Shown one piece after another: positions 9,045-19,628 of a stretch of DNA of 64,000 nt. The position numbers were made by a program, and so were the translations under genes. The notes under the pieces are model-generated. The model saw only the letters and a list, made by a program, of their open reading frames with translations, had not been told where the DNA came from and made no database searches. Origin of the DNA: Ignavibacteriota bacterium (GTDB taxonomy: Bacteria > Bacteroidota > Ignavibacteria > UBA10030 > UBA6906); NCBI GenBank assembly GCA_963801355.1, contig CAWDEM010000004.1:96001-160000 (forward strand), read 5' to 3'. How positions within the stretch are numbered: position 1 is the first letter of the stretch; every line of letters starts with the position of its first letter.

Positions 9045-10205
9045 TCATCCCATCGCGCTGTGATACGCGACAACCTGGGCGGCAATCCGCTCACGGTCGG
9101 CGTCGGTAACCCACCAGCCGCTGGGAATAAACACCGCCTGCTCCGAGACTGTGTCCATCCCCGGGAGCCTTTTGCCGGCACTTTCCCGGAAGCATGTATA
9201 TGTGTCGTTCCGGCGCCAGAGCCTGCTTGTCTGGATGCCCTCGGCGGCAAGTGCGCTCATCAGGCCTTCAGCATGTTCGGTGCGGAAGCCATAAATCCAC
9301 CAGGCCGGTTCGCAGCCTTCCGGGACCGTGATCCGTGTGAGTCCCTTAACGCCGGCAAATGCCTGCTGATAATATCCCGCATTGTCGCGGGAGCGACGGA
9401 CGGCATGCAATGCCTTGTCGATGCACGAGAGTCCGACCGCCGCTGCAAGATCGTTCATGTGGCACTTATAGCCGGACTCTTCGATGTCGGACTTCATCTG
9501 GTGCTCGAGGCGGGTCATGCCCGGAGGAATATTCCGGCTTATGCCGAACCATTTCATTCTCTCTGCGCGAATGTGGTTCCGCTCGACATTTGTGGCGGCA
9601 GGATACCAGGATGGATCGGCCCCGATGAAGCGCTGCGAGTTCACCGCCAGCGCACCTCCGTCACCTGTGGTGAGATGCTTAATGGATTGGAACGAGAAGC
9701 ACGCATAGTCCCCCCAGTGACTGATATGCCGGTTCTGATACATCGTCATGAAACTGTGCGCGGCATCGAGGACCAAACCCGGGGCATCTTCCGGATACGC
9801 GGACAGACCGTCGGGCGTCACGCCTCCGACACAGGTCAGGACAACGGCTCGGGTTGCGGGGGTGATGCTGTCATAGACGCTCTTCATGTCGGCGCAAAAC
9901 GTGACGGGGTCGACGTCGCACCAGACGATGCGTGCACCGAGCGAGGCAATCGCGGCATTTGTCGCCACCATGGTGAACGGCGCGCTGACCACCTCATCCC
10001 CGGGGCCGACGCCGAGGAGCCTCAATGCCATCGTGAGACCGTTTGTGCAGCTGTTCAGCGGGACGATGCGCTGATGCTCGAAGAGCCGCTGCAGCTCGCC
10101 CCGGAACCGGTCGACCATTGCGCGCTCACTGAGGACACCCGAGGTGAGCACCTGTGCCACAAGGGGAAAATCTTCAAACGCATGCGCATTGAATACAGGG
10201 ATCAT
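9045..10205 (-). CDS. DegT/DnrJ/EryC1/StrS PLP-dependent sugar aminotransferase
   Basis: NSCTNGL, GPGDEV, DAAHS, FSFQSIKHLTTGDGG. Confidence 0.92.
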   Translation of the reverse strand: MIPVFNAHAFEDFPLVAQVLTSGVLSERAMVDRFRGELQRLFEHQRIVPLNSCTNGLTMALRLLGVGPGDEVVSAPFTMVATNAAIASLGARIVWCDVDPVTFCADMKSVYDSITPATRAVVLTCVGGVTPDGLSAYPEDAPGLVLDAAHSFMTMYQNRHISHWGDYACFSFQSIKHLTTGDGGALAVNSQRFIGADPSWYPAATNVERNHIRAERMKWFGISRNIPPGMTRLEHQMKSDIEESGYKCHMNDLAAAVGLSCIDKALHAVRRSRDNAGYYQQAFAGVKGLTRITVPEGCEPAWWIYGFRTEHAEGLMSALAAEGIQTSRLWRRNDTYTCFRESAGKRLPGMDTVSEQAVFIPSGWWVTDADRERIAAQVVAYHSAMG

Positions 10206-10401
10206 TGCATTCTATCAAAGAGAACGTTGTTGGCTATATAGAAAGAAGCTGTGCATGTCCTTCGGGTGATGGAGATTAAACCTGTGCGTACGGTCAGTTG
10301 TCTAATAAAGATGTGCATGCAGGGGGAAGGGAACAACTCTACACGAATATAGATGAAAATGTGGTCATTCACAAGGCGGGCAAAAACAAGGAAAATAAGG
10401 G

Positions 10402-11004
10402 CTAATCGCTGATTTCCAGCCGTCTGATCTCATCCCGCAGCCCTGCCGCCTTTTCGTAGTCTTCCTTCTCTATGGCCAGTTTCAGCTGCTGGTGCAGATC
10501 CTCAAGGCGGGTGACTTTAATTGTTTCGGGGGGTGTTTTCGGCTGCTTCGGAGTTGCTGCGGCCTGCTTCCCTTTCCCTTCTTCCTTCTTCTCGTCGTCA
10601 TCTTCTTCTTCCGGCACGAAGGCGGCTTCATCCATGACATTCGAAGAAACAAAGATTTGCGCGCCGTAGCGGACTGCAAGGGCGATTGCGTCGCTCGGAC
10701 GTGAATCGATCGCCTGATTATCGATGTTCAGCTTTGCGTAGAACGTACCGTCGCGCAAATCGTCAATCACCACGTCCGTCAGCTCCGCGCCGAACGAGCC
10801 GATAATGTTCTTCATCAGATCGTGTGTAAGCGGACGGGGCGGCTTGATGCCTTCCATCTCCAGCGCAATGGACTGTGCCTCCGCCTGGCCGATGATGATC
10901 GGGAGGCGGCGGTTCCCTTCCACTTCCCGGAGAATCAGTGCATACGCACCGCCGGTCGCGGGGTTCGTCGAAAGTCCAAGTATGTCAACCAGCACTCGCT
11001 CCAC
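10402..11004 (-). CDS. Bifunctional nuclease (DUF151) with C-terminal UVR domain
   Basis: LPIIIGQAEAQSIA, RPLTHDL, DSRPSDAIALA; EDYEKAAGLRDEI; GTG start after AGGAG. Confidence 0.92.
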   Translation of the reverse strand: MERVLVDILGLSTNPATGGAYALILREVEGNRRLPIIIGQAEAQSIALEMEGIKPPRPLTHDLMKNIIGSFGAELTDVVIDDLRDGTFYAKLNIDNQAIDSRPSDAIALAVRYGAQIFVSSNVMDEAAFVPEEEDDDEKKEEGKGKQAAATPKQPKTPPETIKVTRLEDLHQQLKLAIEKEDYEKAAGLRDEIRRLEISD

Positions 11005-11030
11005 GTCGCGCTCCTTGAATCGCCAAACGC

Positions 11031-11059
11031 ATTGTACTCTAAAACACCCTCAGAGTCAA
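11031..11059 (-). promoter_or_regulatory. Sigma70-type promoter for DUF151 gene
   Basis: Minus strand TTGACT-N17-TACAAT. Confidence 0.65.
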
Positions 11060-11079
11060 TATCACTTTCCAACACAACG

Positions 11080-12051
11080 TCACTTTCCGACTACCAGTTT
11101 CAACTGTGCGGTAAGCTCCGGCAGAATCTCGAACACGTCACCGACAATGCCGTAATCCGCCATCTGGAGGATCGGAGCATTCTTGTCTTTGTTGATAGCC
11201 ACGATGCACTTTGACGACGACATCCCGGCCAGGTGCTGTATGGCTCCTGAAATGCCGCAGGCAATATAGAGCGAGGGTGAGACGGTCTTGCCGGTCTGGC
11301 CGACCTGCTCGTCATGCGGACGCCAGCCGGCATCCACCACCGCGCGTGACGCACCCACAGCCGCACCGAGCACTTCCGCCAGCGATTCGATCAGCACAAA
11401 ATGCTCCGGTGCCTTCATGCCGCGTCCACCGGAGACGACAATGTCCGCTTCAGTGACATCGGGCCGTCCGACCGCAACATCGACGCGTGTCACCACCGCG
11501 CCGAAGTCTTCCGGATCAAACGTGATCTTCGCTTTCTGCACCGGCGCATCTTCCCCGTCGGCCGTCGCAGAAAAAACGTTGGGGCGGAGCGTAAAGATTT
11601 TCACCGCGCTGGTGATCCGCACATCCAGCAATACCTTCCCGCCGTATGCCGGACGTGTTGCGACGATGTCGCTATTCTCGACCCGGATTGCGATGCAATC
11701 TGACGCGAGTCCTGCTTTCAGTTTGGCCGCAACACGGGGTGCGAGATCCTTGCCCAGCTGGCTTGCAGGAAGGAACAGCACTTCAGCGCCTTCTGAGGCG
11801 GCGACCGATGCAATGGCTTTCGCATACGCGGTACTGGAATGGGCGGCAAGCGAAGGGTCATCGACAACGATCACACGGGAAGCACCGTAGCGGCCCAGCG
11901 TTCCGGCAATGCCTTCGACGCCGCTCCCGGCAAGAACCGCAATGCACTCCGCACCCAGTGCATCGGCAGCGTTGCGCGCGGCACGCACGGTCTCATAGGA
12001 TGACTTCTTGATGACGTTGTCGCGTTGTTCGGCAAAGACGAGGAGGTTCAT
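11080..12051 (-). CDS. etfA: Electron transfer flavoprotein alpha subunit
   Basis: [34 protein letters not shown]. Confidence 0.96.
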   Translation of the reverse strand: MNLLVFAEQRDNVIKKSSYETVRAARNAADALGAECIAVLAGSGVEGIAGTLGRYGASRVIVVDDPSLAAHSSTAYAKAIASVAASEGAEVLFLPASQLGKDLAPRVAAKLKAGLASDCIAIRVENSDIVATRPAYGGKVLLDVRITSAVKIFTLRPNVFSATADGEDAPVQKAKITFDPEDFGAVVTRVDVAVGRPDVTEADIVVSGGRGMKAPEHFVLIESLAEVLGAAVGASRAVVDAGWRPHDEQVGQTGKTVSPSLYIACGISGAIQHLAGMSSSKCIVAINKDKNAPILQMADYGIVGDVFEILPELTAQLKLVVGK

Positions 12052-12052
12052 G

Positions 12053-12129
12053 AGGCAATAGGCGTTAGGCAATGGGTGTTAGGCAATGGGTGTTAGGCAA
12101 TGGGCACTAGGCAATGGGCGTCAGGGTCT
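12053..12129. repeat. Heptamer tandem array (AGGCAAT alternating with GGGYRYT), 10-11 units
   Basis: aggcaat aggcgtt aggcaat gggtgtt aggcaat gggtgtt aggcaat gggcact aggcaat gggcgtc fills the etfB-etfA spacer. Confidence 0.92.
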
Positions 12130-12133
12130 CTCT

Positions 12134-12880
12134 CTAGATGACTCGAGCTTCTACACGCAGCAGACGGATGAGTTCGGGAACAGCGGTTTTGTCGGTCCCG
12201 ACAATTCTGCCGGCGGCTTTGGCCGGCGGCTTGTGCATTGCAAGAATTTCCACCACACGCTCCGCAGGCGCCGCGGTGTGTTCCTCAATCGGCTTATTCT
12301 TTGCCGCCATGATGCCCTTCAGCGACGGGTAGCGCGGCTCATTCAGACCCTTCTGAGCCAGGAAGACTGACGGAAGTCTGGTTTCCACTGTCTCATGTCC
12401 ACCTTCAATCTCCCGCACGCACACCGCCTTGCCATCCTGCACGTCGATCTTCGTGACGACACCGACAGAAGGCAAGCCAAGCATTTCCGCAACAAGAATC
12501 CCTACCTGGGCATCATCATAGTCAATCGATTGTTTACCGAACAGGATGACGTCGAGCGCGAGGGGTTTCAGGGCGGCGGCCAGCCCGACAGCAACACCAT
12601 AGGAATCCCGCTCCATGTCATCCTTCAGCAAGAGCGCTTTGTCTACCCCCATCGCAAGCGCTTTCCGCAGGGTTTCCTTGTGTTTGTCGCTGCCGAGGGA
12701 AAGCACTGTCACCTCTCCCTTGAACTTTTCGCGCATCCGGAGGGCTTCCTCCACAGCAACTTCGTCGTAGGGGGACATCATGTAATTGATGCCTGTCCGG
12801 TCAATGGACAGCCCTCCGGCATCGATCTTAACCCTGGTTTCGGAATCCGGAACATGGTTGACACACACGGCAATCTTCAT
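12134..12880 (-). CDS. etfB: Electron transfer flavoprotein beta subunit
   Basis: MKIAVCVNHVPD, PYDEVAVEEA, GKQSIDYD, NEPRYPSLKGIM. Confidence 0.96.
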   Translation of the reverse strand: MKIAVCVNHVPDSETRVKIDAGGLSIDRTGINYMMSPYDEVAVEEALRMREKFKGEVTVLSLGSDKHKETLRKALAMGVDKALLLKDDMERDSYGVAVGLAAALKPLALDVILFGKQSIDYDDAQVGILVAEMLGLPSVGVVTKIDVQDGKAVCVREIEGGHETVETRLPSVFLAQKGLNEPRYPSLKGIMAAKNKPIEEHTAAPAERVVEILAMHKPPAKAAGRIVGTDKTAVPELIRLLRVEARVI

Positions 12881-12976
12881 ACAGGTTTCTCCGCTCCTGC
12901 CTGACCTGCTCTTATCAGAGCGTTGTTTCTCTAGTCCATTGCTTCTTTGGACCGTTGCTTCTTTGGAGTCACTGAA

Positions 12977-13040
12977 AATATATGTATCGCATGACCAAAA
13001 GGCAACGCGCTTTGACTTTATGCCCCTTTTTCGCTATTTT
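12977..13040. promoter_or_regulatory. Back-to-back sigma70 promoters for etfBA (-) and rpsT (+)
   Basis: Minus TTGCCT(13005-13000)-N17-TATATT(12982-12977); plus TTGACT(13012-13017)-N17-TATTTT(13035-13040). Confidence 0.65.
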
Positions 13041-13088
13041 GGAAGTTCACATTGTATCCAATAACATCGTTCTGGAGATAGAAGCCGG

Positions 13089-13343
13089 ATGGCTCAACAC
13101 GAATCAGCAGAGAAGAGAGCCCGGCAGGCGAAACGCCACGCCGCAAGCAACGTCCAGTGGAAGTCACGCATGCGCAACGCTGTCAAGCGCGTACGGTCGA
13201 TGACGGACAAAGAGAAGGCAGCCACGGAATTGAAGAAGACGGTGAAGCTGCTGGACCAGCTGGCGGCAAAAGGGGTTATTCACCGCAACAATGCGGCCGT
13301 TCAGAAGTCACGGCTGACGAAGTTTGTCAGCGCCCTCAAGTAA
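13089..13343 (+). CDS. rpsT: 30S ribosomal protein S20
   Basis: SAEKRARQ...KSRMRNAVK...KGVIHRNNAAVQKSRL. Confidence 0.96.
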   Translation: MAQHESAEKRARQAKRHAASNVQWKSRMRNAVKRVRSMTDKEKAATELKKTVKLLDQLAAKGVIHRNNAAVQKSRLTKFVSALK

Positions 13344-13895
13344 CCGTTCCAGCTCCGCAATACGTACGGCATGACGCCCGGCTTCGTCCGGGCGTTGCTG
13401 GGTCAGTTTCCTGTACGCTTCCAGTGCTTCGCGGTACTCCCCCTGCTTCGCATAGATCTCCGCCAGCGTCACCGTTACAATCGAGCTCTCGCCGCGCGGC
13501 ATCGATATGTCAACGAGGGGAGTACGATCGCCCGGATCCGGCACCAGTGGACGTTTGGCCTCCTGCAGTCTGAGCAGTAACGCTTCGACATCCGTCGTTC
13601 CGCCGTCTCCCCCGGGGGCGAGAACGCTTTCCGCCGCACGCATCCTCTCCACCGCACTTTTCACCGAAGCAATACCCGGAAGCCGCTTCGCCACTTCTCC
13701 GTACTGCGCATCGGCCGCAGCACGGTTTCCCTGTGCTTCATAACACTTCCCGAGCACCCAGTATCCCGTCGCATACCACGGAAACCGGGCGATTCCCGCG
13801 AGGCAGGTCTCCACTGCACTCTCGAGCTTCCCCGCAGCCAGGAGCGCCGCTGCGTGCACGACGAACCGGGGAGAGATTTCTTCCCCGGGGGCCAT
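13308..13895 (-). CDS. Tetratricopeptide repeat protein
   Basis: TPR-like helices (WVLGKCYEAQG; VTVTLAEIYAKQGEYREALEAY); last gene of the lptE operon; 3' overlap with rpsT. Confidence 0.75.
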   Translation of the reverse strand: MAPGEEISPRFVVHAAALLAAGKLESAVETCLAGIARFPWYATGYWVLGKCYEAQGNRAAADAQYGEVAKRLPGIASVKSAVERMRAAESVLAPGGDGGTTDVEALLLRLQEAKRPLVPDPGDRTPLVDISMPRGESSIVTVTLAEIYAKQGEYREALEAYRKLTQQRPDEAGRHAVRIAELERLLEGADKLRQP

Positions 13896-15367
13896 TACAG
13901 TCCAGCCTTTAGATGCCTCGCCAGAAACGCGTGTTTGATCGACATCCCCGACACGACGCTGAACCCGAGGAAAAAGAGGAGCTGGAATGGTACCGCGGCA
14001 ATTTCAAGGAAATAGATCGATGACACAAGACCAAACAGACAGTAGATCGCCAGCACGATTTCCACAATAATTGTCGCACTGAGTTTCACCGGCACATAGG
14101 TCTTATCGCGCCAGGAATCCTTCTTGGATTGAATACTGTACTTGGGTGTGCGGACGAATTCACTCTTACGTTTGAAGAGTCCTTCGATCACCGCCCTGCT
14201 GTTATTGACGGCCAGGCCCATACTGCCCGCCATGAACACGGGGAAGAGGAAGATCCGCTTGCGCCAGTCCTTGTACACGTCCTTCTGTGAGAAGAGATAG
14301 AACAGGAACGAACCGATGAACGCAAATACGAATACGGACATGAATGTGAAGTAGGTATCGTGCATTCCGCCGTGTTTGATGAAGACAAGCGGGACGTTGA
14401 GGATGCCGGCCAGCACGATGAACGGGAAGACAAGGTTGTTGGTCAGATGAAATGTTGCGTGGATCTTGACCCGTATCGGCAGCGGCGACTTCCATACGAT
14501 GGGGAGCACTTTGCGAGCGGTCTCGATCGCGCCTTTGGTCCACCGGAACTGTTGCGACTTCAACGCATTGATCTCCGAAGGCAATTCCGCCGGGGAGGTG
14601 ACGTTGTTGAGATACTTGAACTTCCAACCGCGCAGCTGTGCCCGGTAACTGAGATCCAGGTCTTCTGTCAGCGTATCGGCCTGCCAGTTGCCCGCATCAA
14701 ATATGCACTCCTTGCGCCACACCCCTGCCGTGCCGTTGAAGTTGATGAAGAACCCGACCTTGTTGCGGACCGCCTGCTCGATGACAAAGTGCCCGTCAAG
14801 AGCCATTGCCTGGGTGCGTGTCAGGAGCGAGTAATCGAAGTTGAGGTGCTCCCACCGTGTCTGCACCATCCCGATCCGGGGATCGATGTTGAAATGAGGA
14901 ATCGTCTTGAGCAGAAAATCGGGCCGGGGCACAAAGTCCGCGTCAAAGATCGCCACAAATTCGCCGCGCGCGGTGGTTAGTCCCTCTTTGAGCGCACCGG
15001 CCTTATACCCCTGCCGGTTCGTGCGGCACACCTGCTTGATGTCAAACCCGAGTTTTCTGTACCGTTCCACATGTTGTGCGACCACGTCGACGGTCCCGTC
15101 GGTGGAGTCATCCAGCACCTGGATTTCCAGTTTGTCCTTCGGGTAGATCATGCTGCACGCGGCGTCGATCAAACGGCCGACAACGTAGAGTTCGTTGAAC
15201 ACCGGCAGCTGCACCGTGACAACGGGATAGGTGGTCAGGGCTTCTACGGCCTGGGGCTTCCGTGAACGGAATTTCAGGTAGTAATAAATCATAATGAAGC
15301 CATGCGATCCGAACACAGTGAGGATCGTGAGGGAAATGATGTACCCGATGAGAATGAGCTCTTCCAT
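13895..15367 (-). CDS. Processive GT2 glycosyltransferase (cellulose-synthase-like)
   Basis: QLPVFNE, DDSTD, YKAGAL, FDADF, TEDLD, QQFRW; C-terminal TMs. Confidence 0.92.
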   Translation of the reverse strand: MEELILIGYIISLTILTVFGSHGFIMIYYYLKFRSRKPQAVEALTTYPVVTVQLPVFNELYVVGRLIDAACSMIYPKDKLEIQVLDDSTDGTVDVVAQHVERYRKLGFDIKQVCRTNRQGYKAGALKEGLTTARGEFVAIFDADFVPRPDFLLKTIPHFNIDPRIGMVQTRWEHLNFDYSLLTRTQAMALDGHFVIEQAVRNKVGFFINFNGTAGVWRKECIFDAGNWQADTLTEDLDLSYRAQLRGWKFKYLNNVTSPAELPSEINALKSQQFRWTKGAIETARKVLPIVWKSPLPIRVKIHATFHLTNNLVFPFIVLAGILNVPLVFIKHGGMHDTYFTFMSVFVFAFIGSFLFYLFSQKDVYKDWRKRIFLFPVFMAGSMGLAVNNSRAVIEGLFKRKSEFVRTPKYSIQSKKDSWRDKTYVPVKLSATIIVEIVLAIYCLFGLVSSIYFLEIAAVPFQLLFFLGFSVVSGMSIKHAFLARHLKAGL

Positions 15368-15433
15368 AGCAAGTGTTTTTGTGTAGAACCTTACGTTGTG
15401 AACGTGAACTTCAGCTGTCTGTATGCTCGTGTG

Positions 15434-15940
15434 CTACCATCCCGACACTGTTTCCAGCAGGATGTCTTCCGTAATCTTCCGCATCGCCTCCTTGAGGCCG
15501 ACTTGGCGCTGTGACAATCCGCCCCCGGAATCATAATCCCCCCAGTTGGAAAAATTCTTGTCCCACACCTTCTTCCGCAGCTTCATATCCTGAAACGTGA
15601 AGTGCACGGTCATGGTGATCCTGCGCTTGCTGACCTGTTCGCCCTGCTCCACCACAGCCGGGGCGTCGCCAATCGAGACAATGGCACCCTCAAGGAGGGC
15701 ATCGGCGACACCTTTGTCGGCGACCTGCAGGCTGTTGTCGCTGGTGAACAGGTCCGTCAGCTCGCGGCTGAACGTCTCGCGCAGGCCCGGTTCGCCAAAA
15801 CCTGACTGGTCATCCACCAGGGGGATTCCCACCGTCTTCAAGTGCGACGGCACGGACGCTCCGGTAAACGAATACATGCAGCCGGAGAGCTGCAGTGCAC
15901 AGACCGTTGCCAGCGCCGTGAGGAGCGTACGTGGGAGCAT
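15434..15940 (-). CDS. lptE: LptE family lipoprotein
   Basis: Lipobox LSGC then YSFTGAS; ADALLEGAI; follows sigma54 activator as in Bacteroidota. Confidence 0.78.
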   Translation of the reverse strand: MLPRTLLTALATVCALQLSGCMYSFTGASVPSHLKTVGIPLVDDQSGFGEPGLRETFSRELTDLFTSDNSLQVADKGVADALLEGAIVSIGDAPAVVEQGEQVSKRRITMTVHFTFQDMKLRKKVWDKNFSNWGDYDSGGGLSQRQVGLKEAMRKITEDILLETVSGW

Positions 15941-15948
15941 CGTGATGA

Positions 15949-17088
15949 TCAGTCCAGTCTGTATTCTTTGATTTTTCTGTAGAGCGTCCGCTCGCTGATT
16001 TTCAACGCGCGGGCGGCCGCGCGGCGGTTGCCTTTGAATCGTCCGAGCGCCTCGGCGATCATCCGATGTTCCATATCGTCCAGTGTCACCGGATCGGCCG
16101 TGTCCGGGCGTCCCGCATCTTCCGCCGGCACCGCTGCATCCTGTGTCTGCAGATGATCCAGGAGAGCCGTGCGCAGTTCCATAAGGTTTCCCTTGATGTC
16201 GAGCAGTGCACGGAGTATCAACTCGCGTTCCGCCTGTTCTACGCTTTTTCCTAAGGGAACGGGAAGCTGCCGGTCATCGCCCGCCGCCCGGTACTCCTTC
16301 AGATATTTCCGCACGTCTTGCGGCTCCAGATACCTGCCGCTTTCGAGCACGAGCATGCTTTCAACCACATTCCGGAGCTCGCGCACGTTGCCCGGCCAGT
16401 GATAGTCCTCCAGCTCATGCATCGCGTTGTCGCTGATGCCCGCGAACTGGATCTTGTTGCGCCTTGCCACTTCGCCGGCAAAGTGCCGGAACAGCAGCGG
16501 GATATCTTCCGTTCGTTCACGCAGCGGAGGGATGACAATATTCACCGAACGCAGCCGATAGAACACGTCCGGCCGGAAGCGCTGCAGCCGCACCTCGTTC
16601 TCGAGGTCCTTGTTGGTCGCCGCGATCACCCGGACGTTGACCGTGCGGGGCTGCGACGAGCCGACGCGCAGGAACTCCCCGTTTTCCAGCACGCGGAGAA
16701 ACTTCACCTGTGCCGCGAGAGGCAACTCACCGATTTCATCCAGGAAAATCGTCCCGCCGTCCGCCAGTTCAAAGTACCCTTTGCGCTGCTCGGCGGCGCC
16801 GGTGAATGAACCGCGTTCATGACCGAACAGCTCGCTCTCGATAATTCCTTCCGGGATTGCACCGCAATTCACGGTAATCAGCGGCTTCTTGCTGCGGAGG
16901 CTTGCGGCGTGGATAGCCTTGGCGATCACCTCTTTTCCCACCCCGCTTTCGCCGGTGATGAGTACGGTGATATCCGTCGGCGCCACCTGCACAATCACTT
17001 CGGCGATCTTCTGCATCTGCACCGATTCGCCGATGATGCCGTGTTCCCGCTGAAACCGGACCGGATCTTTTGTCACTGCCCCCTGCAT
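15949..17088 (-). CDS. Sigma-54-interaction domain Fis-family regulator lacking an N-terminal sensor domain
   Basis: [38 protein letters not shown]-terminal HTH. Confidence 0.92.
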   Translation of the reverse strand: MQGAVTKDPVRFQREHGIIGESVQMQKIAEVIVQVAPTDITVLITGESGVGKEVIAKAIHAASLRSKKPLITVNCGAIPEGIIESELFGHERGSFTGAAEQRKGYFELADGGTIFLDEIGELPLAAQVKFLRVLENGEFLRVGSSQPRTVNVRVIAATNKDLENEVRLQRFRPDVFYRLRSVNIVIPPLRERTEDIPLLFRHFAGEVARRNKIQFAGISDNAMHELEDYHWPGNVRELRNVVESMLVLESGRYLEPQDVRKYLKEYRAAGDDRQLPVPLGKSVEQAERELILRALLDIKGNLMELRTALLDHLQTQDAAVPAEDAGRPDTADPVTLDDMEHRMIAEALGRFKGNRRAAARALKISERTLYRKIKEYRLD

Positions 17089-17089
17089 G

Positions 17090-17959
17090 TCACCTCGATA
17101 GGACCATTGCGTCAATTCCCATTGTCCGCTTGATTTCCTGGGCCGCGGCACGCGCTTCTTCATACGTCGAATAGCTGCCCACCCACACGAGGAACAACGC
17201 ACGTGTGTCTTTGACCTTGCTGATCATCTCAACGGGATAGCCCGCCGCTTCAAACTTTGTCTTCAGGACTTCCGCATTGCTCTGCTGGCCGAAGGCGCCG
17301 GTCTGCAGGACGAACCGCACCGGGATCCCCGTGTCGGACTGGACCGGAGTGCTCTCGGGCGACGGCTGCGTGCCGGCAGATGCGTCCGGCGGAGGGACAA
17401 CCGGCAGCTCTTTCTCCTTTGCTGGTGCCTCTGTTTTCGGTGCTTCGATTCTCGGGGTCTCTGCTTTCGGCGTTTCTGTTTTCGACGTCTCTGGCGCGGG
17501 AGGTGTTGACACGGGTGGTACCGCATCGGGTTCGTCTGTCACCACGGAAGACTGCGTCGTCTGGGTGCCGGCAGCTTTCACGTATGGCGAGTTGGGGAAC
17601 CTCTCCGCAAGCTGCTGCATTTTGATCTCGGCCGTGCGATACAGACCTAGCGCATAGTAGAACTGATACACGCGATAGAGGGCATCATCGGCCCATTCAC
17701 TCTCCGGGAAGTTGTCAACGATGCTCTGATACGTCCGGAGTGCCTCGGAGCCTTCGTGCGTCACGAGGCCTTGCACGTACAGCACTCCGGGATTGTTCGG
17801 ATACTTCGCCACAAGAGCAGGAAGTTCCTTCCGCACCTCCTCCGCATTGCCGCTGTTGACTGCCGCAACGTACTTCTTGATATCGGGTTCCGTGCTCTGC
17901 GCGACCGTGATGTCGCCCAGAGCGTAGAGGAGAGCAAGAAAAATCACGCACTGTTTCAT
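17090..17959 (-). CDS. Exported TPR/BamD-like plus SPOR domain protein
   Basis: Signal peptide; [12 protein letters not shown]; Pro/Glu/Thr linker; LQTGAF...VWVGSY SPOR. Confidence 0.8.
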   Translation of the reverse strand: MKQCVIFLALLYALGDITVAQSTEPDIKKYVAAVNSGNAEEVRKELPALVAKYPNNPGVLYVQGLVTHEGSEALRTYQSIVDNFPESEWADDALYRVYQFYYALGLYRTAEIKMQQLAERFPNSPYVKAAGTQTTQSSVVTDEPDAVPPVSTPPAPETSKTETPKAETPRIEAPKTEAPAKEKELPVVPPPDASAGTQPSPESTPVQSDTGIPVRFVLQTGAFGQQSNAEVLKTKFEAAGYPVEMISKVKDTRALFLVWVGSYSTYEEARAAAQEIKRTMGIDAMVLSR

Positions 17960-17987
17960 TGGTTCGATCCGATGTGGCGGTTGTGTA

Positions 17988-19304
17988 TCAGACGCGTGCG
18001 CCGAACAGCGTCGCAGAATTGGCGCGTGTGATGGTTACGGTGATGTACTCGCCGGGTTGTTCCTGTGCATGCGGGAACACCACGGTACGATTGGTGTCGG
18101 TGCGTCCAGTGTACTCCCGGGCGGATTTCCTGCTCGGACCCTCAACCAGAATCCGCTCGGTGTTGCCGACCGAGAGTTGATTGATCTCGCGGGTGATCTT
18201 CCGTTGCCGGGCGATGATCTCGCCGATCCGGGAGGTTTTCACATCCTCGGCGACGGTATCACCCATCTCCCAGGCACGGGTCCGTTCACGCGGGGAGTAC
18301 TTGAATGTGTATGCCCCGTCGTACCGCACCGCTTGCAATAATGCCATGGTGTGTCGGTGATCTTCGTCGGTCTCCCCCGGAAAACCGGAAATAATGTCCG
18401 TGGTCAGGCTCACGCCCGGAATTGCCGCCCGGATCTTCTCCACGAGCGCTGTGTACCCGCGCACGGAGTAGGTACGATTCATCAATGCCAGAATCCGGTC
18501 GGATCCGGATTGCACGGGCAGATGAATGTACTTGCAGATATTGCCGGTCGCACTGATCGCCTCAATCAGCCGGTCGGACATATCCTGGGGATGCGAAGTC
18601 GTGAAACGGATTCTCACATCCCCGTGCACCGCTGCCACGGTACGCATCAAGTCCGAGAAGTCGTGTCCGCCGTCGACGTACGAATTCACATTCTGGCCCA
18701 GAAGGGTGATATCCCGGAAGCCGCGTGCGGCAAGTGAACGGGCTTCACGCACAATGGTGGAAAACGGTCTGCTGCGCTCGCGCCCCCGCGTGAACGGCAC
18801 CACACAAAACGTGCAGAACTTGTCACATCCGCGCATCACCGAAATCCAGGCAGAGACACCCTCCGTACGAAGGGGTTCAATGTCGTCATACGTCTCGACC
18901 CTGGAAAGGCGGACGGCTATACCCTTCTCACCGCTCACAGCGTGATCGATCAGGTTTGGCAGCTTCCTGTACTCGTCCGGGCCAACCACAATGTCCACCA
19001 GGTCTTCCTCTTCCAGGAATTTCTCCCGCAGCCGCTCGGCCATGCAGCCCAGTATCCCCACGACCAAATCCGGATTCCGCCGTTTCTGGGCATGGAACAG
19101 ACCCAGCCGCCCGTGGATTCTCGTCTCTGCATTTTCCCTGATGGCGCAAGTGTTGATCAATGCAACATCGGCTGAGGCAAGATCACTGGTGAAGACATAC
19201 CCCTCCTTCGCCAGGATGCCGCCCACAAGTTCGCTGTCTGCCACGTTCATCTGACAGCCGTAGGTCTCGACGTAAACACGCCTATTTGTCTTCTCGTTTG
19301 CCAT
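17988..19304 (-). CDS. miaB: tRNA-2-methylthio-N6-dimethylallyladenosine synthase
   Basis: [22 protein letters not shown] radical SAM motif, TRAM domain. Confidence 0.97.
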   Translation of the reverse strand: MANEKTNRRVYVETYGCQMNVADSELVGGILAKEGYVFTSDLASADVALINTCAIRENAETRIHGRLGLFHAQKRRNPDLVVGILGCMAERLREKFLEEEDLVDIVVGPDEYRKLPNLIDHAVSGEKGIAVRLSRVETYDDIEPLRTEGVSAWISVMRGCDKFCTFCVVPFTRGRERSRPFSTIVREARSLAARGFRDITLLGQNVNSYVDGGHDFSDLMRTVAAVHGDVRIRFTTSHPQDMSDRLIEAISATGNICKYIHLPVQSGSDRILALMNRTYSVRGYTALVEKIRAAIPGVSLTTDIISGFPGETDEDHRHTMALLQAVRYDGAYTFKYSPRERTRAWEMGDTVAEDVKTSRIGEIIARQRKITREINQLSVGNTERILVEGPSRKSAREYTGRTDTNRTVVFPHAQEQPGEYITVTITRANSATLFGARV

Positions 19305-19329
19305 TTTGGAGTCATCAGGGAAGCTTTCG

Positions 19330-19358
19330 AATCTATTCTAAACACGACAAATAAGCAA
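19330..19358 (-). promoter_or_regulatory. Sigma70-type promoter for miaB operon
   Basis: Minus TTGCTT-N17-TAGATT. Confidence 0.55.
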
Positions 19359-19463
19359 TTTGGCAGGATTAGGAGTTTCTTAATTCTTTTTAATTTAGGG
19401 CGATTTTGATGGTTTTTTGTGTATGTCTGACAAATAGGCAGAGGGCGGGGTTAATGTGAAAGA

Positions 19464-19556
19464 AGGCACTAGGCAATAGGGACTGGGCACTAGTGCCTCG
19501 TGCCTCATGCCTATTGCCTCAATGCCTCAATGCTTCACGCCTACGGCCTATCGCCT
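19464..19556. repeat. Head-to-head heptamer array (4 RGGCAMT-like units then about 9 inverted units)
   Basis: aggcact aggcaat agggact gggcact | agtgcct cgtgcct catgcct attgcct...; palindromic centre GGCACTAGTGCC. Confidence 0.9.
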
Positions 19557-19628
19557 TTTATTATCCCCACGCCTTTCGTATCTTTCAATCTGCAATTCTC
19601 AACCAATCATACCCGAGCACTGACCCCC

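Noticed and set aside
9060-10241. 393-aa plus-strand ORF
   Set aside because: Antisense to the well-supported DegT aminotransferase, no motifs
10250-10319. Three TGTGC(A/G)T words upstream of the DegT gene
   Set aside because: Short and irregularly spaced (33 and 29 bp), not distinguishable from chance
12053-12129. Heptamer arrays as a CRISPR array
   Set aside because: Units are 7 or 14 bp and contiguous, with no unique spacers and no cas genes
17430-17500. [25 protein letters not shown] pentapeptide repeats
   Set aside because: Ordinary low-complexity linker of a SPOR protein
19424-19432. TGTC-T-GACA palindrome (GntR/FadR-like) and TTATCCCCA DnaA-like word at 19561
   Set aside because: Single short matches expected by chance; no second copy or cognate regulator in the window
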